34,069 nucleotides of DNA from Chiloscyllium plagiosum (taxonomy: Eukaryota), in assembly GCF_004010195.1 (NCBI RefSeq), contig NW_025213567.1, positions 1 through 34,069 of the forward strand, written 5' to 3'. Shown here in pieces: positions 1 to 13,029 of the stretch (within the stretch, counting starts at the first letter, position 1; each line of letters opens with the position of its first letter). The notes beneath the pieces were generated by a model. The model saw nothing but the letters and a program-made list of their open reading frames with translations. It did no database searches and was not told where the DNA came from. A program made the translations under genes and the position numbers.

Positions 1-2718
1 GAGCCATGGCAACATGAGGAGAAACTCTGAATGCAGAGTGTGTTCAGGATCTGGAGTACGCGCCCTGAGAGTGCGGTGAAAACAGCTTCAACCATGACTT
101 TCAACACGGGATTGAATCGTCATCTGAACAAGAAAGTTTATGCAGATAGGCCTACTAGGTAGGGAAAGGCAAGGAATGACCAGAAGTGAATTGCTTTTGT
201 AGAGGGCTAGGATTGACATAACGGGCTGAATAGCCTGCGCAATTTCACTTCGACGGCTGGAAAAAGGATTCTTTCCTTTACCCTTCAAAGCGAACGGTCC
301 AGCAAACATCTGGGCAAGAGTTCCCGTCTCTGACGCTGGGAGCAGACAAAAAGACTGCTACTGCCTTGCATTCTAAAGGACTCCAGTTCCTCCAACAAGA
401 ATCCTTGCCGCGCTGCAAATAATAACCAGGTCAGTGGCAGGCAATCATAGGAGAGATTAAACCACTGGACTAATCGTACAGACTCGATGTAAAGTGCATC
501 CACAACATCGGCATCGAGATTATTTGTATCCGGCCCATTTGGGATTTGTTACGTTCGAGGTCCAGATGATTGCAGAAGTGACCTGAAGATGCCCCATACC
601 AACCCCCAGCTCTCACATACTCTGCATCCTCCCCCCAACCCCCATGAAATCTGATCGGGACATGTCAATAATTCCGTACATCGAGCTTTGGAATGATCAC
701 ACTCACGGCACATGACCCACAAACACGAAATGAATCTGTCAGTGTTTTGACAGGGGGTCATTGACCTGCACCTCTCTCTCGCTCTCTCCACCACCTCCCC
801 CCCAACCCTCCTCCCTCCTGCCACATCCCACCGAGCATCCCCAAGCCTGAAGTTTGAATTACCTTGTAGGGGCAGTGCTGACCAACGGGTGTCTGAGGTC
901 GAAATGCCCTTCCCCCCTCACTCCCTCTTCTTTACCCGTTTACAAAACAAACCCCGGGACAGGCAAAACACAAGCGTTTCGTCTCCGTGCTATGGTGTTT
1001 TGTGGGGGTTTTTTTGCAGGCGATGGGTGATTGTGTGGGACGGGGAGCAGTGGGCTGGGCTCTCTGTTTACGAGCTCGATGCGTCACTGCAGGGTTGACA
1101 CTGACAATGACATTGACACTGAAACTGATACAAGCGCCGCCTCCGATACTGTAAAAACCGGCCACAACCGCTGCAAACGCAATTTAAATTCGGCTTTCAC
1201 ACTGGCTACTTACAGTGACTTTGACTTGTAGTAAATGAATGCACCCAAATTAAATTAGTGAGCGCTCGATTCTTGAGAACGGGGAGTCTTTTACCGGGTT
1301 GTCTGATAAACTTTAGCACATACAACACAGTCTTTGACCTAACCGCTGTCAAGCGCCTTAAAAATGGTAAGCTGTTTCATAACAAACTTGCCAGTTTTGA
1401 CGTTATTTTGTATATGATTGAGAAACACAAAGATCTCCCACCGGCTGCCTCTCGGATATGCTCGCTCTTGGCAGAATGGTGCAAGTGCACTGACTGTAAT
1501 GGCCACATTTACCTCCCTTCTCGAAAGCGGCTAATATCGTTCGTAAGTCAATTAGAATTAAGTTAATTGTTACTGTTGTGCTGTTGACTGGTGTGATGTA
1601 AAACCGGTGTCTTGTCAAGTGGAAACGGTAATATTGTTTAGAAGTTTGACGCGCTGTATAATCGCGCTTTGTTTTCATGTATAAAGTGGAAACTCCAATA
1701 TGAACTGAGCATGTTCAAAGGAGGACAGAACGTTTTCTCTCGGATTGAGTTTAAATCATTAATAAATGTAACTGACCTATAACAATTTTTTTCAGTTGCA
1801 CGCAGCTATCTATTTTCCACCAACAAAATGATCACCTTCCCCCTTTTTGCTATGCCCAGTAATACGTAGATCATGACACATAGTCGAACTGTTGTAAAAA
1901 TGCTTCTTAACGGAATAGAAATCAAATTAATGGGTGCGCCAAAAATGTCTTGACCTTCATATGGCCATTTTAAGATATAATACCGCTGTATACGCTCTAA
2001 TATAGAGTTGGATTGTAGCGGCTTTTCTCTCATATGTGAGGATTTTCCCATTTAATACAATAATTCAAATATAACTGCATTAGCTCCGGCAATGCGGAAT
2101 ATTACCTTGCAATCCGGCGACCTAATTTCCAAACGAAATGAAACAAATTCAGACACAACACTTGGAGGCAGTAGGATTCCACGTCATATGCATAGGTATT
2201 TAAAGATGCGACTGAACGTCAATATTTCAGATCCGCTGCTGTTCCAGTGCTATCAATGGTTAAAATAACTTGCGCACAATCTACCACGGCCAACGTTACG
2301 AACATCGTGTCAGATTACTATGCAAGTACAAAATAATATCAATTTAATCATTGTTTGGTCACTTCATTGTGTCTCTAGTTACCATGGCAATCCGTGTTAT
2401 TTCATCATTTTTGCGTATGATGTGAATCAGGCACGGGACGCATCATATAGTTGCTTCCATCTGGAAGTTTGACGTGAACTTCATAGATTAAGTGAACAGT
2501 AAAGCAAAATTTGAACATATGCGCGAGTCAGGCCAAATAACAAGTGTGACTGCAACCACAGAAGGTGAGAGGCAGATGGATCTGTAATTAAGTAAACAAA
2601 AAGTACGTCTGCATCTGCCAGCATTTAAAAATAAATTTTAAATCGTGGCGGAGCTTTGCTGTCAATTTGAAAATTTAACCCATCCTCTCTCGATTTGGCT
2701 TCATTGAGGTATGAAACA

Positions 2719-2868
2719 AAAACAGTGATTGCATGAGGGTTTTCAGCAGGTCTGATAGTACCTGTGGAGAGAAAGCAGAGTTAAGGTTTCAAGTCTAGCG
2801 ACCCTTCTTTAAAACTTCTGTCCACAGATGCTGCCAGACCTGTTGAATTCCTCCAGTAATTGTTCTTT
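2719..2868. mobile_element. Old Penelope-like pseudo-LTR fragment with inverted arms
   Basis: CAGCAGGTCTGATAGTACCTGTGGA...TCCACAGATGCTGCCAGACCTGTTG form imperfect inverted arms. A decayed hammerhead core lies on the - strand at 2777-2816. Confidence 0.6.
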
Positions 2869-3170
2869 CTTTTCTTCCAGCACCTTGATTGTACATCAAG
2901 GCGATACTATATCTGGGAAGGCATTGATTAATCAGAATATTTTAATGAACTTTAATTACCTGTTGTTGCCATGCCTTTGTGTATTTGCGCCGGTGGGGGG
3001 GCAGGTGAGGAATGGAACGTGCTGGTGAAACTCATCACCGGCAGATTTAAAAGTGTAGAGTCCGGGATCACAATTGTCCCGTGTGCTTTTTTTTTGTCGC
3101 GTGGATTTATTAGAAGTGGGAGGGCGAGGAAGAGAAGATGCAGGTTTTTGTTTAAAAAAGAGCAAAGAGG

Positions 3171-3232
3171 GAAATTGTTGAGAAAACTCTGGCAGCATCC
3201 ACGGAGAGAAAGCAGAGTTGCCGTTTCGGGTT
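3171..3232 (-). mobile_element. Penelope-like pseudo-LTR fragment at the edge of the promoter
   Basis: GGCAGCATCCACGGAGAGAAAGCAGAGTTGCCGTTTCGGG shares an exact 17-mer with the copy at 2766-2782. Confidence 0.55.
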
Positions 3233-3438
3233 GCTGAGAGCTGCAGGAGCATGTAGGCGAGACGCGGCTCGGAAGGCGGGTTTGAATTTCCCGCCGGCCG
3301 GCTGGGCGCGCGGGGCCTGTCGGGAGGCCGCGCGCTGGATGGTGGGTCTCGGTTGCTGCGCCTTCTCCGGCGGCTGAGTGACTGGGACCGAGTAGCGGCG
3401 TCGCGATCGGAGCTTTCCTCATGTTTTTGGGACGCCGG
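3230..3438 (+). other. MAPK6: Probable non-coding first exon of MAPK6 (5' end approximate)
   Basis: GC/CpG-rich segment ending in the consensus donor CGG|GTAAGT (3438/3439) inside the CpG island. The TSS cannot be fixed from sequence. Confidence 0.6.
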
Positions 3439-6242
3439 GTAAGTTGTGACCGATTCCCCCCAGGGGCTGGATTTTGTTCCCTTCCCCCACACAAAGACCC
3501 CTCTCCCTCTCCCTCTCCTCTCATAGTCGCCCCCTCCCCGACCCAACTCTCGAACCCCTTCCCCTCCCCCCACACAGGGTTTGAAAGAAAAGCCGAGTCG
3601 CCGGTGGTGGGGACGGCGATTGACGGCGAAGTCGACCAATCGGGGACGGGGCCGGCCGCGATGGGCGGGGCGGCCCGACCAATGAGGGGGCGAGGGCGGG
3701 ACCTCGGTAGGGGGGGCCCGCCAGCCAGCCAGCAAGTTTGGTCGGTGGTCGTGTGTTTGGTTGACCGTCAGTGTGTGGGTCAAGGTGGGGGCTGAAGGAA
3801 GAGGAGCCTGTCCCCTCCTTAAAACAACACACATTGTGCTGGGAAACCGCAGTGAGTGAGCAGAGCCAGACAAGGTGAAAACTCTTGACAGATTCCTCTG
3901 CGGGTCATTTAGTATTTTTTTTAAAAACATGGCAATAAGACCCTTCGTGTCCGAGCTGGTCATCGAGCCTCACTCTGTTTAATCCCATTTTCTAACACTT
4001 TGCCTGTAAGACGGACCGCATTGTGTGTCCATGCCCCGCCACAAGCTCCTCCGGATCACTTGAGTCTCTCTCATTGTTCGGCAACACGCGGTGAGGCTCC
4101 AACAAGGGGCTTCATTTGGACCACAAATTCTCCTCTTTATCGAATTCATGTCACTTCTCGCAACACTTTTGTTGAAAACATGTATAAAGAGTTTTGATTT
4201 AATCAATTAATATTTTACGGTATTGTTTTTTTTTAAATTCCCCTTCCTTATAATAAATTATCTTGGTTTATTTTACGTTTTTCTTGACGCTTTTCGGTGA
4301 CCTGACCTCGCAAGAACTCGTCCGGCCGTAGCACTGACCCCATCGGGCTTTCTCAATCGATCACCATTTTATCTTTTGATTGGGAAAGGAATTTAAACTG
4401 GTTTCCTATGCATACTCCTCGCCCCCACCCTCGCCCATAAGTAAAATTGAAGCCTTCAGACAGTGAGTAATATTTCCAGGGCCATGAAACGTCAACCAGT
4501 CGGCTTGCTCACAGGAGGCGACGTGGCTCATTTTCATGTGACTCATGTGGATTTTTTTCTTCTTAACAAAAGTTGCGGGTTATTTTCCTGTGACGCTAAT
4601 GCTGGGTTGAGTGGCCACTCCAGGCTGCTGTACGGATGTGTCATGTTCCACAGACATGTGTCACTTACCTGCTTTGAAACATGTAAATTGGTTAAACCTA
4701 GGACTTTGGAGTTCTAAAGCGTGGTAGTGATCAGAAGTAGCGGCCCATATTAGCCTTGACTGTTCGCGAAATCATTGGCGACTTTCTTTACGAACAATTC
4801 GCGGAATTACTATCGTGTTGAGATTACACTGCGCCATTGCATTTTATCTCCCTCAATGGAAAGAAATTTTGTTACGTTAGTCGATCATGTGATAAATTTC
4901 CCTCCCGGAGATTTTTTTTCTGCAAGTTACTTTCCGCGTCTGGACATTTCCAAGTTAGTATTCTTATTTGAGTTAACTGTCCGATCCTATGAATCTCCAT
5001 ACTAAATATCAGTGGACGGCGTGTGCTATTAAGACATTGTATATGGAACGGTTAGTGGGTTACGAAAGTTGGTCTGATTTGATTTGATTTTGAAATCAAG
5101 GTTTTAGAGCGCGAATTCATGTTTAATCACAGGTGGTGGGTAGATGGGGGGGGGGGGGGAGTGGAACCACGGTGTGTTAATCTACGTTCCCCTCTTGTGC
5201 TTCTGCAACCTGTGTGTGTCTGTGTGCTGATGGCGATGGATTGGAAAGCGCGTATGTATTAAGAGTATCGTGTTCGAAGTTTGTAGCCTTCAGTCAGATG
5301 TTGAATGAATGTTTGGATTTTGTTTTTGTAATTTGTAGGCGGATACAGAGGAAAGTAAGCACATTGGCTAGCAGTCCTGTATCTTATTCTCCAAGTTAAA
5401 AGTGCTGACTGACGTTAGTACACCAAGTATTGCATACACAGTATCAATAAGTTAGTTGCAGTGATGTGAGGGGAAATTCCATTTTGTAATCATATTATGC
5501 TTCCGCGCCTTAAATGTGAAAGAAGTGAACGCCTCGGTAGATAATGGTTTAAAATTACGGAAATATTTAAGTGCTTTCTTTCCAGTAAATTTCGTTTAGT
5601 ATAGATCATATCACAAAATTAAAATAGCTAAAGTAGGAAATAAACTCTTGTAACTCTCGACAGGGCACATTGTTGCATACTTTGAACTGCTAAAAAAATC
5701 TTTGAATACAATGTAATGGGGAAGAAATAGAGAAGGAAAATGGGATTTAATAGGCTACCATATTTCCCAAAACTTACTTTTGGAAGTAGAAGTTGTGTAT
5801 TAAATTTTACGTTAAATGGAAATATTTTCAGTGGCAGCCGTGACTTTGTTTAAAAAATTAGTATAATAAAGTTCTAAATGACTCATGTATGAGGAACATA
5901 TTACCAAAATAAATAACAAGAGAGAGGCTCATTTAAAGCATTGCAGAAGACCAAGTCCCCAATGAATGATGGTTTGGAATATTGTCATTCTTTGCCAAAT
6001 TGTGATCAGTAGATAGTCAGTGAAAAAGGAGGCCTGTGAGTTATTAAATGCATTTTTCAGAAAATGAAAATTAAATCCCTTTATTTAAGGTGAAAGGATG
6101 CTATGCTAGGTTGCTGTTGTTAAGTCCAAGTGGATGCTTTTATTGTGCTGTTGAGTTGTGAGGAGCATTTATTTATTGGAAACTTCCTTCTCCCATTCAA
6201 AAAGCTTTTAAACACGAAACCATGATTATAATCAAAATGATA

Positions 6243-6432
6243 ATACTTCAGATGCTGGAAATTTGAAACAAAAACAGAAAAAGCTGGAATAACTCAACTC
6301 TTAGGTGACATGTGGAGAGAAACAGTTAACATTTATGATAAATGCAAGGTCAGCCAGAACCATTAACCCTTTCTCTTTGTTTTCACCACAAACCCCACTC
6401 CCCCCAGATGCAGCCCATATTGAGCATTTCCC
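6243..6432. mobile_element. Degenerate Penelope-like pseudo-LTR fragment
   Basis: CAGATGCTGGAAATTTGAAACAAAAACAGAAAAAGCTGGAA...GTGGAGAGAAACAGTTAACATTT resembles the reverse complement of the 16.9-kb copy. Confidence 0.5.
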
Positions 6433-6751
6433 ATGATTATAATAATCTTGTGTCAGTGCTATCTTGGATCCTGACCAAATGCAACTGAAACATTATAAAA
6501 ATGTGATCTGTCTGTTAGTGTTGAGAATTCATTAATCCTAATGGTGGTGTTGCTGTGACCAGTTTCATTCCCCACATCCAGCACTTGCAGGCCTGGCTGA
6601 TTTCAGGAAGCTAAAATGTGTGAAAGGCCTAATGATTGTACAGAGTTTTTATAGTAGTTTTGGAAGTTCTTTTTATACTAATATTTTTGGATTAATGTTA
6701 TTTGGAGTGGAGGAACATATGCAGGAACACCATTGGCATTTTTCCTGTACT

Positions 6752-7054
6752 TTAGATTAGATTCCCTACAGTATAGAAACAGACCCTTAAGCCCAACAAG
6801 TCCATACCGACCCTCCAAAGAGCAACCCACCCAGAGCCACCCCCCCCCTACATTTACCCCTGACTAATGCACCCATCACTATGGGCAATTTAGCATGGTC
6901 AGTTCACCTGACCTGCACATCTTTGGATTGCGGGAGGAAACCGGAGTACCCGGAGGAAACTCACGCAGACACCAGGAGAATGTGCAGACTCCATGAACCC
7001 ATGTCCCTGCCGCTGTGAGGCAGCAGTACCAACCACTGAGCCACTGTGCAGCCC
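6752..7054 (-). mobile_element. HE1-type (V-SINE) tRNA-derived SINE, internally deleted
   Basis: The minus strand begins GGGCTGCACAGTGGCTCAGTGG (A box) and has a truncated B box (GGTTCA). It includes the V-domain-like TTTCCTCCGGGTACTCCGGTTTCCTCCC...CCAAAGATGTGCAGGT and a LINE-like tail ending in short (TCTAA) repeats. Confidence 0.85.
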
Positions 7055-7874
7055 CAAACTTGCATGAATGCTTGTTTTTTTTTTCTCCAATATTGACCCT
7101 TTCTGCACAGCGTCAATTTGGGATTTTGAGTAGAATAAATTGTGGGACTTTTAAAATATCAGTTTTCAGTTCAGTTTTACTATTTATGTTAAATGTTGAA
7201 TATTATAAAAATTCTGAATTCACTTGAATCTGATTTCCTCTTTTGCCTTGTACTTCGTGCTTTGGCTCAGAAGATAGGCAAGTAATTCCTCCCCTGCTAC
7301 AGTTCTTTTACTAAATATGCAGTGCCTAGATACAGAGCTTTTAGTTACGCTACCCTCCCTTTGTAGCAAGCAGATGGTTTCTGCGTTTGCTGTGGTATGG
7401 CAGAGAGTGGGATTTCCATTTCTGTGAATCAAGAGTTTTAAATCTACCTAGTCTGCTGCATTATGTTGACTCTGATGCACATCTGCCTTTCAGATATGGA
7501 ACTGAGCAATTATTTTTACTTGGGTGAAGCATATTTTACAAATAATGTTGAGATTATGGACAAAATTGTTTTCTAATTTGTTTTGATCTGTGCAGAATAT
7601 GAAAAGTAATTGAGAGGGGAATAAGATTTGCTAATTTGAGGAATGCCCTTCAAAGTGAAGTTTATTCTGAAGAATACTGTCTGGTGTAAAGTTCTGTAGG
7701 TTAATGTGATTGCTTCCCCTATACTCTCACCTATCATGTTGCTCAGTACAAATATATTTTACATTCTGGCCACATTAAAAAAAATGGGTGCATATCTTGT
7801 GAATCAGTGGACAAAATCATACAGGTGAACAAACACTGAGTCTTTTGAGCGATGTGCACATTGCTGACAAACAG

Positions 7875-8110
7875 CCAGCATTTATTGCCCTTGAGAAGGT
7901 GACAGTGAGACACTATCTTGAACAAATAGTCAATATAGTGTCAGTACATCCATAGTGCTGTTAGTAGGGGATGTTCCAGAATTTTGACTCAACCAACTGT
8001 GCATAACTGTGATTATGGTTGAGTCAGGATAGTATGTCTTAAAGGGGAACTTGCAGATGGTAGTGTTCTCTAGTACATACTGCCCTTGTTTGTGATAGTT
8101 GAAAAGTTTA
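7875..8110. repeat. Old interspersed repeat, probably a LINE 3' fragment
   Basis: CAGCATTTATTGCCCTTGAGAAGGTG...CAGAATTTTGAC...GGGGAACTTGCAGATGGTAGTGTTC resembles a common shark repeat. Family not securely assigned. Confidence 0.4.
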
Positions 8111-10061
8111 TGGTAGCACTGAAACCTTTTTGCATTCTTGTATATTCTAATGAAGTTGAACTTCTTTATAATGTTTTTGATATTGACAGAGTGGGTGTGG
8201 CATTGGCTATGTTATTGGCTGAACTTTGTTGTGCACACGGAGCAAGCTCTAGCCCCATAGTGTTTTCCTTGTGTCGTTCTCTTTAAGTTTTCATGGTGTT
8301 CTATGCTGTAGCATTATGATTTAACTCTATTCACAAAGTTCCTTTCTTCTTTAAACCCCTGAAACCTTGCTAAAATCATACGTTGTTTTTGGTGTGTGGC
8401 TGTTCATTAAATTGATATGATGGGTGCATTCGTGGATAGAGTTTAGAGAATTCTAGATCTAATTTTTGCTTCAGAAATGAAGTGCAATTAATAGATGTGT
8501 TTACTTGCTTATCCCTTTATAAGAACCACAGGTTCTGTCATGTATTAAATCCAGACTGGGAGGTTTGGGTAATTTGTCTACCATGCTTAATATTTAGCCC
8601 ATAGGAGTTGAAAGATTTATTTTGTGCTCAGTTAAGTTTATTCCATTAGGATAATATACCTGATAATGGTGGTGGAGCAGGGGGGAGGAAAGGAAAGGAG
8701 GAGGTTGGAGGGGAGGCTTAATTTAAATACTAGTCTCAATTGTAAAATATCTCACATTACTTTATCCATTAACGTGCATGGTGTGCAAAAAACACACCTG
8801 GAGTTTAGAAATTTTGTCGTTCACTTCATTTATCTAAAAAGAACTGTTAATGTTAAATTTGAGCATCATAACTTGTAAATTCTAATTAAGATGAATTTAA
8901 AAAATATTATTTTATTCTTGCACATGGAGTGTGTGCCTGTGTTGCAAATGGAATCAGTTTTGTGTCCAGGTCTTCAAGGCAATCATCTTGAAACTCATAA
9001 GCAGCAATTAAATAGCAAATCTCCCTGAAATAACACCACTTTTATTTTTGCTTCACCACACGTGTTTTTCTTAAGACTTCCTGTTGTCTCCAAACAGTCA
9101 GTAGTGAATGTACAGAGCCAGTGCTGTAAACATCTAGAAGCATATAGATAAATACAATATTATTTTTTGATTACCAAAGATTCTCCTGGAGAAGGGATAC
9201 AGATGAATGTTCTATTTGTCGTAACAATTTTTAAAAAGAAATTCAAATTCCCATATAAATATTTTCATTTCACAAATGGTTTGAGATTTTTTGTGTATCT
9301 ACTATAAAAATAGTTTCTCCACAGATGGGCCATTCAAGTATTTTGTAAACATTTTGATATTGTGTTTTATTGAAAACATTTCCATTTTAATGTACCTAAT
9401 TTACTAATGGGACTATGCAAATATGATATGAGGGCATTCTGTTCAACTCAATTTTTGCTCTAAGTTTCTGTGTAACAAATGTTGATATGAAAGTACATAC
9501 AAGTTATTGTGAAGATTATGAAGAACATATCAGTGCAAATACTACCCTAATCTGTTAGAAATTGGAATTAAATACCATAAATTCCAAAACTTCAGTCGTG
9601 TCAGAAGATCTCTTTTGTGTACTGTAACCTTGAAACTTTTAAAATTAGTTTTCTTTTTTCTTGTAATTTATTAAACCCACTAATCTTAAAGTTTGTAATT
9701 CATTACTCCATCTTTAATTAAAGTGACGGTTGTACTCTGATTTGTACCAATTGTTGATATTCCCAGACAATTGCTGTCTCAGTTTGAACCACTATGGGTC
9801 ATATAGCCAGAAAAACAGGGGAGAAGCACTCATTGGAAAATATTGAGAAGATTAGCACCTATATGCCATGCAAGCTCCGTAAAACACTGCCACCGTATCA
9901 CAGTTATTTACTTTTCCCTCAATACAAAGGTGCATTATATGGAAAACTGAACAAAAACATATTCTGTCCATATAGAGTCCTAGTCATACAATACACTTAT
10001 TGTTTTAATACAAAGTCTTTGGATCACTGACTTAATATTTCTTTCTCTTTTTGTTTTATAG

Positions 10062-11293
<1,232 letters not shown>

Positions 11294-12063
11294 TAAGGTA
11301 GACATGCCATTAGTAGCGTTGAGTGTCATTGTTCAGATCTTTTGAGAAAACATTTCGCAAGGCTATAATATGGTATGGGCAGGATTGAGTAGTGTGCCAC
11401 TTGTTCATGAGGCACATATGCTAGGATTTTCTAATAAGAATTTCATGTAGTTTAAAGACTAATTGAGTGACCTCAATTGCTTAGCTATATTACAATAAAT
11501 ATTATAATTCTTGTACTATTTTAGTGCAACAAAACTGTTTTAAAATAGTGAGCTTTTGAATGGAGGATTTAAAAAAATGTCATGTTGCAGTTGTATTAGT
11601 CCTGTAGGAATTTGTAAATTATAGTCATCGACCTGTCTTCAGATATTGTTACATATAGTATAGCTAATAGATTGTGTTTGTGGTTTGGTATACATCTTTT
11701 GACAAAGGAATGGCAATTTTGCAATTAAAACATTTCCTCTTCAATACCCTATATCACTAGTAATGTGTGTCATTGCATCAACTACCTGCTGAAAGATTTG
11801 TCACCTGCCTAATTTCTGATGACACCCTTTCTTTTGTTGTTAATCATTTGTGCAGCTTCTATATTGTAAACAAATCAAATGTCTTTGTATAATTCTTTCT
11901 GTTTGCTATTATATTGAGTTGTCCCTAATTGCTGTGATCCTACCTTGCCTTTCCTATGAGTGTAAAGCTTTCTCTCTCTGCCCATAACAATGTTTTCCCA
12001 TAATGCAAAAAGTTTGGAAGCTGTAGTCAATTCAGAAGATTAGATTTTTGCTTTTAAAAAAGT

Positions 12064-12250
12064 GCTGAAAATGTGTTGCTGGAAAAGCGCAGCAGGTCAG
12101 GCAGCATCCAGGGAACAGGAGAATCGAAGAAGGGCTTATGCCCGAAACATCGATTCTCCTGTTCCCTGGATGCTGCCTGACCTGCTGCGCTTTTCCAGCA
12201 ACACATTTTCAGCTCTGATCTCCAGCATCTGCAGACCTCACTTTCTCCTT
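12064..12250 (+). mobile_element. Penelope-like element pseudo-LTR insertion with inverted 5' segment
   Basis: Perfect 64-bp inverted repeat (12064-12127 / 12150-12213). The loop contains GAAGAAGGGC-TTAT-GCCC-GAAA, a hammerhead-like core. The 3' end reads CTCCAGCATCTGCAG, and CTTTTAAAA flanks both sides. Confidence 0.75.
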
Positions 12251-13029
12251 TTAAAACAGTGGTCAATAGGCATTTGTAGCATTAATTGAATTGGCACTTC
12301 AAGCTTCCAGTCAGGTTATTCTAAATCTTATAAAATGAAATATTCCTATTCTAAAATCTGCTCATGGTATTGAAATCTTGACAAGTGATAGATAATTACA
12401 GTTTACACAGCTAAATAATACAAATAATATTGATATGTAATTCATCCTTGAAATATTTACAGGATTACAAACCTTTCTGGAGTTTGCTGGAGTCAATTGG
12501 TTGTTAATATTTGAAGGTTCTTTCAAAACCCAAGTTCAGAGCTTCTGTGGTCAAGGAATTATAGAATCCCAATGTTTGAATTGCCCTACTGACCCATTCA
12601 CACAAAATATAGATGTATAATGTTTTCAAGATTTACGTTTTCCACTGCTGATTTGATTCCAGTGTGTAGTACACAGATTACATTCTAGTGTAGTTTCATA
12701 ATGGCAGCAGTATCATGCAGTGACCTTGTTGGTTTCCCATTTTGTAGTCCCTTTGGAAATTAAGGCACCAGAATGTTGACATCTATCACAAGGTTAGCAT
12801 CTGTTCCATGTGTGCACATTGAATGTCTGGAAGCTTCTTTTCATGCATTTGCCAGGGAGCAACATATCCCAACAGTTAATACTATGTAAATATAAACCAT
12901 CTTGATGGGCATAAAATCTTTAACTGCATTGTTTCTTTTCAGCCATGATGGAAAAATTTCAGGAGAATTTTAGAATGAAACATTATGGGATGCGATTTGT
13001 CCAATTATATCTGTGCCTGATGTTGGTAA

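Larger units (their letters stand above)
2980..3800. promoter_or_regulatory. CpG island / MAPK6 promoter
   Basis: High GC and dense CpG in contrast to the CpG-depleted AT-rich gene body. GC boxes (GGGCGGGGCGG 3663-3673, GAGGGCGGG 3692-3700) and CCAAT boxes (3636-3640, 3679-3683). Confidence 0.85.

Noticed and set aside
1095..1131. Short imperfect TGACA(C/A/T) hexamer repeats
   Set aside because: Only a few degenerate 6-bp units with no spacers. This is a simple repeat in eukaryotic DNA, not a CRISPR-like array.
2952..3963. Long ORFs over the CpG island (335 aa and 207 aa minus, 124 aa plus)
   Set aside because: Low-complexity R/G/P-rich translations are expected from stop-poor GC-rich DNA. 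No domain motifs, and they cross the predicted splice donor.
6990..7054. tRNA-like sequence on the minus strand
   Set aside because: It is the tRNA-derived head of the HE1 SINE, with a broken B box and no complete cloverleaf.
12054..12289. Two near-identical ORFs on opposite strands
   Set aside because: They are a by-product of the 64-bp inverted repeat, not genes.
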